Below are positions 9,810 through 20,288 of a stretch of 64,000 nucleotides of DNA, piece after piece. The number at the start of each line of letters is the position of its first letter. Position 1 is the first letter of the stretch. Source of the stretch: an uncultured Acidobacteriota bacterium. GTDB lineage: Bacteria > Acidobacteriota > Thermoanaerobaculia > Multivoradales > SZUA-115. The stretch lies in contig CAWDVR010000001.1 of assembly GCA_963805975.1 (NCBI GenBank), positions 416,001-480,000 of the forward strand, given 5' to 3'. The notes under the pieces were generated by a model. The model was not told the DNA's origin, made no database searches, and saw only the letters and a list, made by a program, of their open reading frames with translations. Made by a program: the position numbers and the translations under genes.

Positions 9810-11291
9810 CTAGGTCGGAGCCGGCTCGGGCGGCGGCTCGCGCTCGCGGATGCGCCAGCGGACGAAGGGCAGGAGCGCGAGGCCGGGGAGGGCGAGGAGA
9901 GCGGTGAAGGCGAAGTAGGCGGGGTAGCCCCACGCCTCGGCGCCCACGCCGGAGAAGGCGCCGGCCAGGTCGCGGGTGATCGAGTAGACGGCGGTCAGCA
10001 TGGCGTACTGGGTGGCGGCGTGGGCGCGGTCGCACTGGTTCATGAGGAAGGACATGAAGGCGGCCGTGCCCAGGCCCTGGGTGATGGACTCGAAGATCGA
10101 GGCGCTGTAGAGCGCGGCCTGGAGCGGCCCGAACGACAGGTTCCACAGGCTGGCGTCGCCGCGCGGCAGGTCGAGCGCGGCCACCGCCACGTAGCCGAAG
10201 TTGGAGACCACCTGCCCGATCCCCATCCAGAGCAGGGCCTGGAAGATGCCGCGGCGGGCGATGAACCAGCCGCCGAGGAGCGCGCCGGCGATGGTGAGCG
10301 CCATGCCGAGGCCGTTCGAGACCGTGGCGATCTCGGTCTTGGTCATGCCGGCGTCGACCCAGAAGGGCTTCACCATCCGCCCCAGCATGCTGTCGCCGAG
10401 CTTGAAGAACAGGGTGAAGGCCACTACCGGCAGCATCTCGGGGCGGCGCAGCCAGGCGAGGAGCTCCGGCGACAGGAACGAGACCAGGGCGGCGGCACCG
10501 GCGAGTGCCGCGAGGGTGGTGGGCAGGCTCGCCCAGTCGCGCTGGGCGGCGAGCGCCAGGAGGCCCGCGGCCACCGCGACGCTCCCCAGCCGGAAGGCCA
10601 GGAGGCTGCGGGTGAGCGGCGGCCGCGGCCCGCTTCCCGCCCGCTCGCGCGGCACCCGCGGGCTGGCGAAGACCCCGAGCGCCAGCAGCAGGCAGAGGGC
10701 GATCGAGATCGCCCAGGCCGTGCCCCAGCCGAGGGCGGGCTGGTCGGCGATCACCAGCAGCACGCCGGAGGCGAAGAGCAGCGCGGCACGGTAGGCGGCG
10801 GTGCGCACGCCGTTGACGTGGCCGGCCTCCTCGGGTCTTGCGATGTCCACCGCGTAGGCGTCGATCGAGATGTCCTGCGTGGCCGAGAGCAGCATGATCG
10901 CCAGCATCGCGCCCCAGATCAGCCAGTAGCCGGACGTGTCCGAGCCGCCGGCCAGGAGCCGCGGGTCGAGCCGCGAGAAGACAAAGAGCGCCACGGCCAG
11001 GGTGAGCAGGCAGGAGACGGCCCAGCTCTGCCGCGATCCCCAGCGGTCGGCGAGCGGCGCCCAGGCGGCCTTCAGGGTGTAGGGCAGAAAGAGCAGGGCC
11101 ATGAGGCCGATGTCGCGCAGCGACACGCCGTGCTCGCGGAAATAGTACGGCCAGACGTCGTAGGCGATGCCGAAGGGGAAGCCCGAGGCGAAGTAGAGCA
11201 CCGAGATCCAGGCGAGCTTGGTGCGAAGCTGGGGAGGGGGGCCGGCGGACCGCCCGCGGAGGCGGTCGAGCACGGCCGAAAGGCGGCTCAT
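9810..11291 (-). CDS. ampG: AmpG-family muropeptide MFS transporter
   Basis: LYFASGFPFG, LPYTLKAAWAPLADR, SATQDISIDAY, FKLGD, ATQYAML; multiple TM segments. Confidence 0.88.
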   Translation of the reverse strand: MSRLSAVLDRLRGRSAGPPPQLRTKLAWISVLYFASGFPFGIAYDVWPYYFREHGVSLRDIGLMALLFLPYTLKAAWAPLADRWGSRQSWAVSCLLTLAVALFVFSRLDPRLLAGGSDTSGYWLIWGAMLAIMLLSATQDISIDAYAVDIARPEEAGHVNGVRTAAYRAALLFASGVLLVIADQPALGWGTAWAISIALCLLLALGVFASPRVPRERAGSGPRPPLTRSLLAFRLGSVAVAAGLLALAAQRDWASLPTTLAALAGAAALVSFLSPELLAWLRRPEMLPVVAFTLFFKLGDSMLGRMVKPFWVDAGMTKTEIATVSNGLGMALTIAGALLGGWFIARRGIFQALLWMGIGQVVSNFGYVAVAALDLPRGDASLWNLSFGPLQAALYSASIFESITQGLGTAAFMSFLMNQCDRAHAATQYAMLTAVYSITRDLAGAFSGVGAEAWGYPAYFAFTALLALPGLALLPFVRWRIREREPPPEPAPT

Positions 11292-11344
11292 GGGGGCGCA
11301 TCGTACCTCGTTTCCCCCTCGGTCTTTTCCGATAAGCTGCCGCG

Positions 11345-14300
11345 ATGACCGAGCCGAAAGATTCGTCGAAGCAGCCCGGCCGCTGGGACCGAAAAGACCG
11401 CGTCATCGCTCTCCTGGGCCTTGCGGTGGTACTCCTTCTCGCCGTGGTGGTCAAGGACCGCGTAGGCGCCACCGGGCTCTTCTCCGGCGGCCTGGGAGGC
11501 GGTGAGAAGGTCTCGGTCTTCGACGTCATCCTCGACCGCGAGGACCTCTCCTACATCGACGTGCTCTTCGACCGCCCGGTGGGCGAGGGGCGCGAAGGGA
11601 GCGTGCTCGCCGAGCCGCCGGCCACCATCTCGCCGGCCCAGGGCGGCGTCTGGCGCTGGCGCGATGCCGCGGCCCTGCGCTTCGAGCCCTCGGGCCGGCT
11701 CAACATGGCGACCGAGTACACCATCTCGCTCATCCCCGAGCGGCTGCTCCAACCTGGCCAGCGCCTGGCGGGCGACCGCGATCTCGAGGTGGTGACCGAC
11801 CAGTTCGTGGTCTCCGGCGTCACCGCGGTGGAAGAGCCGGCGCCGGAGGCCGGCAAGGGGGCCGTGATCCTGCGCGGCGAGCTGCGCTTCAACTACGGGG
11901 TGGAGCCCGAGAACCTGGGGCCCAAGATCCATCTGCTCGACGGCTCCGAGGCGGTGCAGGTGCTGCTCGAGACGAGCTGGGCGAGCGACACCATCGGCTT
12001 CCGCACCGCCGCCGTGGCCAAGCGCCCGGCCGAGCGCAAGCTCGAGCTCCGGATCGACCGCGGTCTCACCCCGGCCGAGGGGAACGTGCCGCTCGCCGAG
12101 GACTTCGTCCAGGAGATCGCCGTCGGCTCGAGCGAGAAGCTGGCGGTGCGCGGCGTCGCCGCGACCCCGGGCGAGCGCGAGTCGACGATCAAGCTCAGCC
12201 TCTCCTCGCCGGTGGCGGCGGACGTCGCGAGCCGGTTCCTGAAGTCGCAGCCGCCGGTCGAGTTCCGGGTCGCCACGGACCGCAACGACCTGGTGCTCAG
12301 CGGGCCGTTCGCGGCCGGCAAGTCGTACCGCATCGAGGCGGCGCAGGGCCTGCCGGCGACCGACGGCGCCGTGCTGCCCGCGGGCTGGAGCGAGTCGGTG
12401 TCGCTCGCCAACCTCGCGCCCGTGGCGCGCTTCCAGAGCGAGGGCTTCTTCCTCTCCGCCTCGGGCGCGCGCACGCTGGCGGTCGAGACCATCAACGTCG
12501 GCCGCTTCCAGCTCGACATCGACCGCGTGTACCGCAACAACCTGTTCAGCCTGTTCCAGTACCAGGGCTACATGCTCTACGGCGGGAGCTACCGCGGCTC
12601 GCGGGTGCAGCAGTCTTTGGGCGACCGCCTGCACGAGGAGACCTTCACCGTCAAGGCCGAGACCAACCGCCGACTGGTGACGCCGATCCGGCTCGACCGC
12701 TTCGTGAAGGACGAGGAGCCGGGCTTCTACCGCGTGGCGGTCTCGCGCGACGAGGACTACTCGGCCGAGCAGCGCTGGGTGCTGGTCACCGACCTCGGCA
12801 TGGTCGCCAAGTGGGGCGACGGCGAGCTCTCGGTGTGGGTCTCCTCGTTCGCGAACCTGGAGGCGATGGCCGGGGCGAAGGTCCAACTCATCTCCGACCA
12901 GAACCAGGTCCTGGCCGAGGGCTCGACCGGCCCCGACGGCCTGGTGCGCTTCGGCGGCGAGCGCCTGCGCGAGGGCACGCCCTACCTGCTGACCGCAGAG
13001 CGGGGCTCCGACTGGAGCTTCCTGCTCCTCGAACAGAGCGGCATCGACCTGACCGGCCTCGACGTGGGCGGCGCGCCGGCCCAGGCGCAGGGGTACGACG
13101 CCTTCCTCTACGGCGAGCGCGACCTCTACCGGCCCGGCGAAGAGGTCGAGGGCTTGGCGGTGGTGCGCGACAAGAGCGTGAAGGCGCCGCCGGCGATGCC
13201 GCTGGTGCTGGTGCACCGCGACCCCCAGGGCCAGGAGCAGGAGAGCCAGCGGGTGACCACTGACGCGCGCGGCCTGGCGCCCTTCCACCTGGCGCTCGCG
13301 GCCTACGCCGAGACCGGCCACCACCTGCTCCAGGCCAAGGTGGGCGAGACCGTGGTCGGCCAGTACCGATTCCAGGTCGAGGAGTTCATCCCCGACCGCA
13401 TCAAGGTGGAGATCGAGCCGGGGGCCGCCACCGTGGTGGGCGCCGGTGAGCTGAAATACGAGGTGGCGTCCGCCTATCTCTTCGGGCCGCCGGCCTCGGG
13501 CCTCGCGGTCGAGAGCCGCGTGCGGCTGGTGGAGGCCCCCTTCGCGCCCCGGGGCTTCGAGGCTTTCACCTTCGCCAACCCCGAGCGCCAGTTCCAGGAG
13601 GTGGAGATCGCATCGGAGAGCGGCGAGCTGGACGAGGCCGGGCGCAAGAGCTTCCGCGCCGTGGTGCCGCCGGGGCTCGCCCCGCCCGCCGCGCTCGAGG
13701 CGGTGGTCACGGCGCGCGCCGCGGAGAAGGGCGGCCGTGGCGTCACCGCCATGACGCGGGTGCCGGTCCACCCGGTGCCGCGCTACGTCGGCCTGCGCAA
13801 ATCGGCCGAGGGCTACGCCGACCCCGGCCAGCCGGTCGCCTTCGAGTGGGTGACGGTGGCTCCGGACGGTACGCCCGCGCCCGCCGGTGCGCTCCGCGCC
13901 GATCTCTACCACGATCGCTGGAACACGCTCCTCCGCCGCGGCGGGGACGGCACCTTCCGCTACGAGTCGGTGCGCGACCCGCAGCTCGTCGAGACCCGTG
14001 CCCTGCCGGCGGGCGCGCCGCGCGGCACGCTGTCGATGACGCCGCCCCGCTATGGCGCCTACCGCCTGGTGCTGACCGACCTCGCGGCCGGCTCCTCGAC
14101 CGAGGTGGAGCTCTACGCCTCCGGCTGGGGCTTCTCGCCGTGGGCGATCAAGAGCCCCGGCAAGGTCGAGCTGGACCTCGACCGCGCCTCGTACGCGCCG
14201 GGTTCGACGGCCACCGTGCAGGTGCGGGCGCCGTTCCCCGGCAAGCTCCTGCTCACCGTCGAGCGCCAGGGCGTGCTGCACACCGAGATCCATCGCCTGA

Positions 14301-16786
14301 CCGGCAACACCGCGACCGTCACGCTGCCCGTCGCGGCGTCGTGGCGGCCCAACGTCTACGTGACGGCGACCCTGGTGCGCTCGGCCAAGGACCTGGCGCC
14401 GGGCGAGCCCGGCCGCGCCTTCGGCGCCGTGCCGCTCTCGGTGGACCGCGCCGAGAAGCAGCTCCCGGTCACGATCTCGGCGCCGCGGGAGATGCGGCCG
14501 GAGACCCCGCTCGAAGTAAGGGTGAAGACGGCGCCGGGCGCCGCGGTGACCGTGGCGGCGGTGGACGAGGGCATCCTGCGCCTCGTCGCCCAGGAGACCC
14601 CGGACCCGTTCTCGTTCTTCTACCGCAAGCTGGCGCTCGCCGTGCGTTCGTACGACACCTTTGCCCTGCTGCTGCCCGAGGTGGGGGCTTCTCCCGCCGG
14701 CGGCGGCGAGGGGATGGCCGGGATGGGGCAGTTCGTGAGCACGGCCTCGATGCTCCGCGTCCAGCCGGTGGCGTTGTGGTCCGGCGTGCTCACCGCCGGT
14801 GCGGACGGCACGGCCGTGGCCCGCTTCGAGGTGCCGGACTTCCAGGGCAGCCTGCGGCTGATGGCGGTGGCGGTGGACGGCGACCGCTTCGGCTCCGGGG
14901 ACGAGAGCGTCACGGTGCGCGATCGCGTGGTGGCGCTCCCCACGCTGCCGCGCTTCCTGCAGCTCGGCGACAAGCTCGACGTGCCGGTCGCGGTGCGCAA
15001 CGACACCGGCCGCGACGGCGAGTTCGAGGTCACCCTGATCTCGCAATTTCCGGGGCACGTTCCCGGGCAGCAGCCGGGAGTCGCCTCGGAGCCGATCACC
15101 CGGCGCGTGTCGGTGGCGAACGGGGCCGAGGGCCTGGTCTACCTGCCGGTCACCGCCGGCCGGGTCGCCGGCGTGATGGACTTCACGGTGACGGTCGAGG
15201 GCAACGGTGAGTCCACGCGCTCGCGGGCCAAGCTGCCGCTGCGTGATGCGCTGCCGCCGCGCACGCTGGTGCGCACCGGGAGCCTCACACAGCGGGAGAC
15301 GGCGATCGCGCTCGACGGCTCCGGGCTCAAGCTCGAGAGCGTGCGCCAGGAGCTGACCCTGGGGCCGGTGCCGGTGGTGAGCCTCAAGGGCCGGCTGCGC
15401 GACCTGCTCGAGTATCCGTACGGCTGCCTCGAGCAGACCGTGTCGCGCACCTTCCCGCTGGTCTACCTGGCGGACCTCGCGCAGCAGCTCGAGCCGTCGC
15501 TGTTCGAGAAAGCCGATCCCGACGTGCTGGTGGACCAGGGCCTGCGGCGGGTGGCGTCGATGCAGCTGCCGACCGGCGGCTTCTCCATGTGGCCGGACGG
15601 CGAGGCGGCGCAGCCCTGGGCCAGCCTGTGGGCCACGCACCTGCTGGTCGAGGGGGAGAAGGCGGGGCACGCGGTCGAAGGGCATTACCGCGCCCTCGGC
15701 TATGCCGCCAGCCTGGTGACCGCCAAGGCCTCCTACACCGCGGACGAGCTGGACCGCATCGCCTACGCGCTCTTCATCCTCGCCCGCGCCGACCGGGCCG
15801 ACCGCGGCTCGATGGACTTCCTGCGCGAGCGCCACGACAAGGCGCTCTCGTCCGAGGCCCGGGCGCTCCTGGCGGCGGCCTACGCGGCGGTGGGCAGCCC
15901 GGACCTGGTGCCGCAGCTCGTCGCCGGCATCGCGGACGCCGAGCGGGTGGAGCGGCAGACGGGCGGGAACTTCGCCTCCACGTTGCGCAACCGGGCCCTG
16001 TTGCTCCTGGCGCTGCTCGAAGCCCAGCCGGGGGACGCGCGCATTCCCGAGCTCGCCGAGCGCATCGCGCGCGAGGCGGAGGCCGGCGCGGCGTGGAACA
16101 CGCAGGAGAACGCCTGGGCCTTCCTCGCCCTGGGCCAGCTCTTCCGCGAGCGGACGGAGGGTGGCGGGGTCGAGGCGCAGGTGCGCTACGCCGGCACCGA
16201 GATCGGCCGTTACTCGGGCTCGATGATCACCTACCGCGAGGTCGACGCCGGGCCGTTCATCGTCGCCGCCTCGACCGCCGTCCAGCCGGGCCAGGTCTAC
16301 TACTCGCTGGTGGCGCGCGGCATCCCCGAGGCGGCCTCGTTCAAGCCTTCCGCGAACGGGCTCGAGATCGAGCGCGAGCTCTTGACCCGCGATGGCGGCA
16401 AGGTGAGCCCCACCGCGATCCAACAAGGGGACCTGGTGGTGATGAAGACGCGGGTGCGCAGCGTCTCCGGCCCGCTCGAGAACGTGGTGGTCTCGAACCT
16501 GCTGCCGCCGGGCCTCGAGGTCGAGAACCCGCGGCTGCGCTCCTCCGAGGCGCTGCCCTGGGTGACGGACGCCAACCTCAACCCGGAGGAGCTGGACCTG
16601 CGCGATGACCGGGTGCTGGCCTTCACCGCGCTGCCGCCCAACCAGTGGCAGACGATCTACACCGTGCTCCGCGCCGTGGTGCCCGGCACCTACCGCCTGC
16701 CGCCGCCCCAGGCCGAGGCGATGTACGACCCCCGCCTCTCCGCCACCGGCGAAGCGGGCGAGATCCGGGTCGAGGTGCGCAAGTGA
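11345..16786 (+). CDS. Bacterial alpha-2-macroglobulin (YfhM-like)
   Basis: 1813 aa; N-terminal membrane anchor; VTDLG, ERDLYRPGE, VEEFIP, VAAVDEGIL, thioester YPYGCLEQ, LPPGLEVEN, AEAMYDP. Confidence 0.96.
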   Translation: MTEPKDSSKQPGRWDRKDRVIALLGLAVVLLLAVVVKDRVGATGLFSGGLGGGEKVSVFDVILDREDLSYIDVLFDRPVGEGREGSVLAEPPATISPAQGGVWRWRDAAALRFEPSGRLNMATEYTISLIPERLLQPGQRLAGDRDLEVVTDQFVVSGVTAVEEPAPEAGKGAVILRGELRFNYGVEPENLGPKIHLLDGSEAVQVLLETSWASDTIGFRTAAVAKRPAERKLELRIDRGLTPAEGNVPLAEDFVQEIAVGSSEKLAVRGVAATPGERESTIKLSLSSPVAADVASRFLKSQPPVEFRVATDRNDLVLSGPFAAGKSYRIEAAQGLPATDGAVLPAGWSESVSLANLAPVARFQSEGFFLSASGARTLAVETINVGRFQLDIDRVYRNNLFSLFQYQGYMLYGGSYRGSRVQQSLGDRLHEETFTVKAETNRRLVTPIRLDRFVKDEEPGFYRVAVSRDEDYSAEQRWVLVTDLGMVAKWGDGELSVWVSSFANLEAMAGAKVQLISDQNQVLAEGSTGPDGLVRFGGERLREGTPYLLTAERGSDWSFLLLEQSGIDLTGLDVGGAPAQAQGYDAFLYGERDLYRPGEEVEGLAVVRDKSVKAPPAMPLVLVHRDPQGQEQESQRVTTDARGLAPFHLALAAYAETGHHLLQAKVGETVVGQYRFQVEEFIPDRIKVEIEPGAATVVGAGELKYEVASAYLFGPPASGLAVESRVRLVEAPFAPRGFEAFTFANPERQFQEVEIASESGELDEAGRKSFRAVVPPGLAPPAALEAVVTARAAEKGGRGVTAMTRVPVHPVPRYVGLRKSAEGYADPGQPVAFEWVTVAPDGTPAPAGALRADLYHDRWNTLLRRGGDGTFRYESVRDPQLVETRALPAGAPRGTLSMTPPRYGAYRLVLTDLAAGSSTEVELYASGWGFSPWAIKSPGKVELDLDRASYAPGSTATVQVRAPFPGKLLLTVERQGVLHTEIHRLTGNTATVTLPVAASWRPNVYVTATLVRSAKDLAPGEPGRAFGAVPLSVDRAEKQLPVTISAPREMRPETPLEVRVKTAPGAAVTVAAVDEGILRLVAQETPDPFSFFYRKLALAVRSYDTFALLLPEVGASPAGGGEGMAGMGQFVSTASMLRVQPVALWSGVLTAGADGTAVARFEVPDFQGSLRLMAVAVDGDRFGSGDESVTVRDRVVALPTLPRFLQLGDKLDVPVAVRNDTGRDGEFEVTLISQFPGHVPGQQPGVASEPITRRVSVANGAEGLVYLPVTAGRVAGVMDFTVTVEGNGESTRSRAKLPLRDALPPRTLVRTGSLTQRETAIALDGSGLKLESVRQELTLGPVPVVSLKGRLRDLLEYPYGCLEQTVSRTFPLVYLADLAQQLEPSLFEKADPDVLVDQGLRRVASMQLPTGGFSMWPDGEAAQPWASLWATHLLVEGEKAGHAVEGHYRALGYAASLVTAKASYTADELDRIAYALFILARADRADRGSMDFLRERHDKALSSEARALLAAAYAAVGSPDLVPQLVAGIADAERVERQTGGNFASTLRNRALLLLALLEAQPGDARIPELAERIAREAEAGAAWNTQENAWAFLALGQLFRERTEGGGVEAQVRYAGTEIGRYSGSMITYREVDAGPFIVAASTAVQPGQVYYSLVARGIPEAASFKPSANGLEIERELLTRDGGKVSPTAIQQGDLVVMKTRVRSVSGPLENVVVSNLLPPGLEVENPRLRSSEALPWVTDANLNPEELDLRDDRVLAFTALPPNQWQTIYTVLRAVVPGTYRLPPPQAEAMYDPRLSATGEAGEIRVEVRK

Positions 16787-16829
16787 GGCACCCCTTGGCA
16801 CGGCTGCGGGGAGGGACTATCCTGCGCCT

Positions 16830-17126
16830 ATGAAAACTGCCACCGTTGCCGAGACTCAGGATCATCTGAGCGATCTGATCGAGGATGTCAAGGGCGGCCA
16901 GACAGTCCTCATCGTGGAACAAGGACTGCCGGTGGCTCGCCTGGTTGCCGCGAACAACGCCCTCGAAACCGATCTGCAACGTTTCGCGCGACTCGAGCGA
17001 GAGGGCATCGCCCGACGTGGCCGGCCTCGCGATCCCAACGACATTCTCGATTTCGAGCCGGTGAGAACCGTCAGTGGTGTCAGTGCCGTCCAGATACTGA
17101 TCGACGATCGGAGGAACGGGCGCTGA
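16830..17126 (+). CDS. Phd/YefM-type antitoxin (VapB)
   Basis: MKTATVAETQDHLSDLIEDVKGGQTVLIVEQGLPVARLV; overlaps the PIN gene. Confidence 0.88.
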   Translation: MKTATVAETQDHLSDLIEDVKGGQTVLIVEQGLPVARLVAANNALETDLQRFARLEREGIARRGRPRDPNDILDFEPVRTVSGVSAVQILIDDRRNGR

Positions 17127-17635
17127 AGTTCTGGGACAGCTCGGCCGTGGTGCCCCTGATCATCGCTGAGAGCACGAGCACTGCGCTGCGTAGAGTCTTT
17201 CACGATGATCCCGAGCTGCTGGTCTGGTGGGGGACGGAAGTCGAGGTCACCTCGGCTTTTGCACGGCTCGAGAGGCTAGCCGAGCTGCCGGTCGAAGAGA
17301 CGGCTCGTGCGCTCACCCAGCTCGACCGCCTAGCCTCCGGGTGGACCGAGATCGCGCCGACGGCCGGCGTCAGGAGAGTCGCAGCTCGAGTGCTCCGCAG
17401 CCACCGACTACGAGCCCCTGACGCTCTTCAGCTCGCGGCGGCCCTGAGCGCGGCCGGCCATGATCTGCCAGGCGTTCCTTTTGTTTGTCTGGACACGGAT
17501 CTGGCGGCTGCTGCCCGTCGAGAGGGTTTCACGGTCATCGATGGAGGTAGCTTGGGTCGACAGGAAGACTCGGCAGCCACCGAGCCTGCGGGCGGGAGAG
17601 TTCATCCGATTGGTTCGGACTTGGATGCGGATTAG
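17123..17635 (+). CDS. vapC: VapC-family PIN domain toxin
   Basis: Extending upstream gives (L/M)KFWDSSAVVPL; EVEVTSA; LRAPDALQLAAAL; FVCLDTDL. Start probably at the CTGA overlap with the antitoxin stop. Confidence 0.88.
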   Translation: MKFWDSSAVVPLIIAESTSTALRRVFHDDPELLVWWGTEVEVTSAFARLERLAELPVEETARALTQLDRLASGWTEIAPTAGVRRVAARVLRSHRLRAPDALQLAAALSAAGHDLPGVPFVCLDTDLAAAARREGFTVIDGGSLGRQEDSAATEPAGGRVHPIGSDLDAD

Positions 17636-18608
17636 AGTCAGTCATCTTCGGCTCCCTGGGCTCTTTTTTTACGCCGTGCTCTGCCTCGGAGCGCCAGGTG
17701 CTTCCGCCGTCGCCCAGGAGCCCCCCGCCCTGATCGTCGACGCGCCGCCGGCTCTTTCCTCGCTCCTCGAGCGGCTGCGACAGTTCGACCGCTCGCGGCT
17801 CCGGACGGCGATGCGGTTGACGGGGCTCGACCAGCCCGGCCAGCCGATCACCGTGCTGCTCGCCGAGGACGGCTCGCGGCTGGCTTCGAGCGCGCCGCCC
17901 TGGGCCTCGGGCTTCGCCAACGGCGAGGCCGGTTACGCGGTGGTGCTGCCCGCCCGCATCCCCAACTACCCCGACACCTCGCTCGAGGCGGTGGTGCAGC
18001 ACGAGGTCACCCACGTGCTCATCGATCGCGCCGCCCGCTTCCACGACCTGCCGCGCTGGTTCCACGAGGGGGTGGCCATGGCCTCGGCACGGGTCTGGAG
18101 CTTCGAGGACACCACCCAGCTCGCCTGGGGCGTGCTCCTGGGAGGCCCATCGGACCTCGCGGCCGTGAACGCCGCCTTCCACGGCAGCTCGCCGGACGCC
18201 CGCGCCGCCTATGCGCTCTCCGGAGCCTTGGTGCGCGAGCTCCAGCTCCGGCAGGGCCCGGCGGTGACCGGCGACATCCTGCGCCGGGTGGGAGAGGGAG
18301 CACCCTTCGAAGACGCCTTCGCCGCGGCGGCGGGGGAGCCGCTGGCGGACTTCGCGCGCGCCTTCTTCCGCAAGCAGGCGTTCTGGCTGCGGTGGGTGCC
18401 GATCCTCACTAGCTCCACCACCCTCTGGCTCGCGATCGTGGCGCTCTTCCTGGTGGCGTACCGCCGCAAGCGACGCCGGGCAGCCGAGATGGCCGAGAGA
18501 TGGGAGGCGGAGGAGCGCTTCGCGCTGCTGCTGCCACAGCCATCCACCGCGGCACCGCCCCACGGCGGCGACGCGCCACGGCCCCCACCCGGCGAGCTGG
18601 TGAACTGA
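17625..18608 (+). CDS. Peptidase MA-like (gluzincin) membrane-anchored protein
   Basis: Signal peptide; QHEVTH...PRWFHEGVA; AAYALS; C-terminal TM plus basic stop-transfer. Confidence 0.85.
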   Translation: MRIRVSHLRLPGLFFYAVLCLGAPGASAVAQEPPALIVDAPPALSSLLERLRQFDRSRLRTAMRLTGLDQPGQPITVLLAEDGSRLASSAPPWASGFANGEAGYAVVLPARIPNYPDTSLEAVVQHEVTHVLIDRAARFHDLPRWFHEGVAMASARVWSFEDTTQLAWGVLLGGPSDLAAVNAAFHGSSPDARAAYALSGALVRELQLRQGPAVTGDILRRVGEGAPFEDAFAAAAGEPLADFARAFFRKQAFWLRWVPILTSSTTLWLAIVALFLVAYRRKRRRAAEMAERWEAEERFALLLPQPSTAAPPHGGDAPRPPPGELVN

Positions 18609-18616
18609 AGCGGAGG

Positions 18617-19189
18617 TTATTGCTCCGCCAGCCGCCGCTCCACCACCAGCACGTGGTGGAGGTTGTGGTAGAGCGTGAAGAACAGCATTTCGCGCACCGT
18701 GAGCTTGCCGAGCAGCGGGTGGGGCATGTAGTAGCGGTCCAGGCTCTTCTCCGGCCAGCGGGCGAGCTCGGTAGCGAGTGCGCCGGTGGCCTGGTCGTGG
18801 TGGGCCATGATCTCTGCCCGGTACGCCTCGGCGTCCTCGGGCACCGCTGCCGGCCGCGGTGTGAAGCGGCCGGCGTCCGCGCCGCGCGCCAGCCGCGCGT
18901 GGTAGGACTCCCGCACCTCGGCGTAGGAGCGCGACGGCCGGCGCGCCCATCCGAAGCGCAGACCGAGAACCAGGCGCGGCACCCGCAGGCCCTGGACGAC
19001 GGCGCGGATCGACTTCGTCAGGTGGCGCACGTTGTCCGCCGGCGACCACGCGATACCGATCGGCGCCAAGAGCTCCACCGTCGAGAACGAGGCCCAGTAG
19101 CCGGCGCTGGCCTGATGGAGCCGCGCGAGCTGGGCGAGGATCTCGTCTCGCGTCCGCGGCTCTTCGACGGCAGGTACTGTGCGTGGCAT
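18617..19189 (-). CDS. DinB/YfiT family protein
   Basis: WSPADNVRHL; MPHPLLGKLTVREMLFFTLYHNLHH. Confidence 0.88.
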   Translation of the reverse strand: MPRTVPAVEEPRTRDEILAQLARLHQASAGYWASFSTVELLAPIGIAWSPADNVRHLTKSIRAVVQGLRVPRLVLGLRFGWARRPSRSYAEVRESYHARLARGADAGRFTPRPAAVPEDAEAYRAEIMAHHDQATGALATELARWPEKSLDRYYMPHPLLGKLTVREMLFFTLYHNLHHVLVVERRLAEQ

Positions 19190-19203
19190 TCGCTCTCTCC
19201 CCT

Positions 19204-19569
19204 TTACTCGTCCTGACCCTCGTTGCCCGCCTCTTCGAGGTGGAATCGGTGGAACACCCGGTGCACCACGGGCGCAAATCCGAGACCGGCGATGATCAGC
19301 ACGGCAAAGCCGCTGTAGAGCGCGTACAGGCCGGCGAACAGCTTGGCTCCGTCGGTCTCTGGATGATCGAGCGGCCCCATGCCGGAGAGCAGCATCGAGG
19401 CGTTCAGGAACGAGTCCAGCCAGCTCATCGGCGGCTCGAACGAGTGGAAGCCGACCATGCCCGCAACGAGCGACGCCGCCACCAGGCCGAGTCCCACGAG
19501 CAGGCTCTTCGCCAGGCGGCCGAAAAAGGCGCGCCGGTGGAGCAGGGGCTGGGTGCGGCGCTCGAACAT
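19204..19569 (-). CDS. Small membrane protein (2TM + pore-loop, ion-channel-like)
   Basis: True ORF is the C-terminal 121 aa of the long listed frame: MFERRTQPLL...WLDSFLNASMLLSGMGP...GAKLFAGLYALYSG. Confidence 0.8.
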   Translation of the reverse strand: MFERRTQPLLHRRAFFGRLAKSLLVGLGLVAASLVAGMVGFHSFEPPMSWLDSFLNASMLLSGMGPLDHPETDGAKLFAGLYALYSGFAVLIIAGLGFAPVVHRVFHRFHLEEAGNEGQDE

Positions 19570-19571
19570 GG

Positions 19572-20225
19572 CTAGAGAATGTGGATCAGCCAGCCCACGA
19601 CGAGCAGCGCCCCGTCGGCGGCGAGCCCGGCCAGGAGGGCGAAAAAGATCCGGACCGGGGAGGGAACCCGATGCGGCGGCAGCGTGCTGCGGCGCACCAC
19701 CACCGTCCTGGCCCACCGGTCCCCGTAGCGCTGCTGGAGCGGCGAGCGATTCATGCTCTGGTAGGCGACGGCGCCGAAGAAGAGCGCGTCGAGCAGGTAG
19801 GCCAGCGAGCGGCGCACCGCGGCCGGAAAGGTGCAGGGGCCGCCGTCCTCCCGGATCACGGTCAACCCGAAGAGGAGCTTGCCGAGAGTAGTGCCGGCGA
19901 GGCCTTCGCTGACCGTTTCGGAGGCAACCCATCCCAGCAGGGAGATGACGAAGACGAAAGGCCCCGCTTCGCCGAGCCTGGCGAGCAGGGGCTCGACCGG
20001 GACATTCCTCGCCGTGGCGTAGAGGCCGATCACGAGGCCCATGGCCAGCCCGGCGAGGAGCGCGACGACGTAGTGGACCACGAGGTCGATCAGCCGTGCC
20101 CCGGCTCGTGGCAGGAAGCCCACGCCTTCCGTCGGCGGCTCGGTCGGCGTCTGCCAGGCCGGGCCCAGCAGATCGACCGCCGGAGGCGTGTAGGGATCGG
20201 CGCCGGCGAAGGGTCCGCGAGTCAT
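19572..20225 (-). CDS. RDD family membrane protein
   Basis: RAGARLID, GTTLGKLLFGLTV, QRYGDRWARTVVV. Confidence 0.88.
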   Translation of the reverse strand: MTRGPFAGADPYTPPAVDLLGPAWQTPTEPPTEGVGFLPRAGARLIDLVVHYVVALLAGLAMGLVIGLYATARNVPVEPLLARLGEAGPFVFVISLLGWVASETVSEGLAGTTLGKLLFGLTVIREDGGPCTFPAAVRRSLAYLLDALFFGAVAYQSMNRSPLQQRYGDRWARTVVVRRSTLPPHRVPSPVRIFFALLAGLAADGALLVVGWLIHIL

Positions 20226-20288
20226 GGTTTGGTGCGCTGAGCTTACTCGCGATCCGGCCCCGCGTCGTCGACGCCTGATGCGTGATCC

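Noticed and set aside
11288-16801. 1837-aa antisense ORF (and similar ones at 1589-3865, 20670-23915, 46410-48419, 51636-54026, 57335-59461, 60475-62853)
   Set aside because: Shadow ORFs opposite well-supported genes, expected from high-GC codon bias; no motifs.
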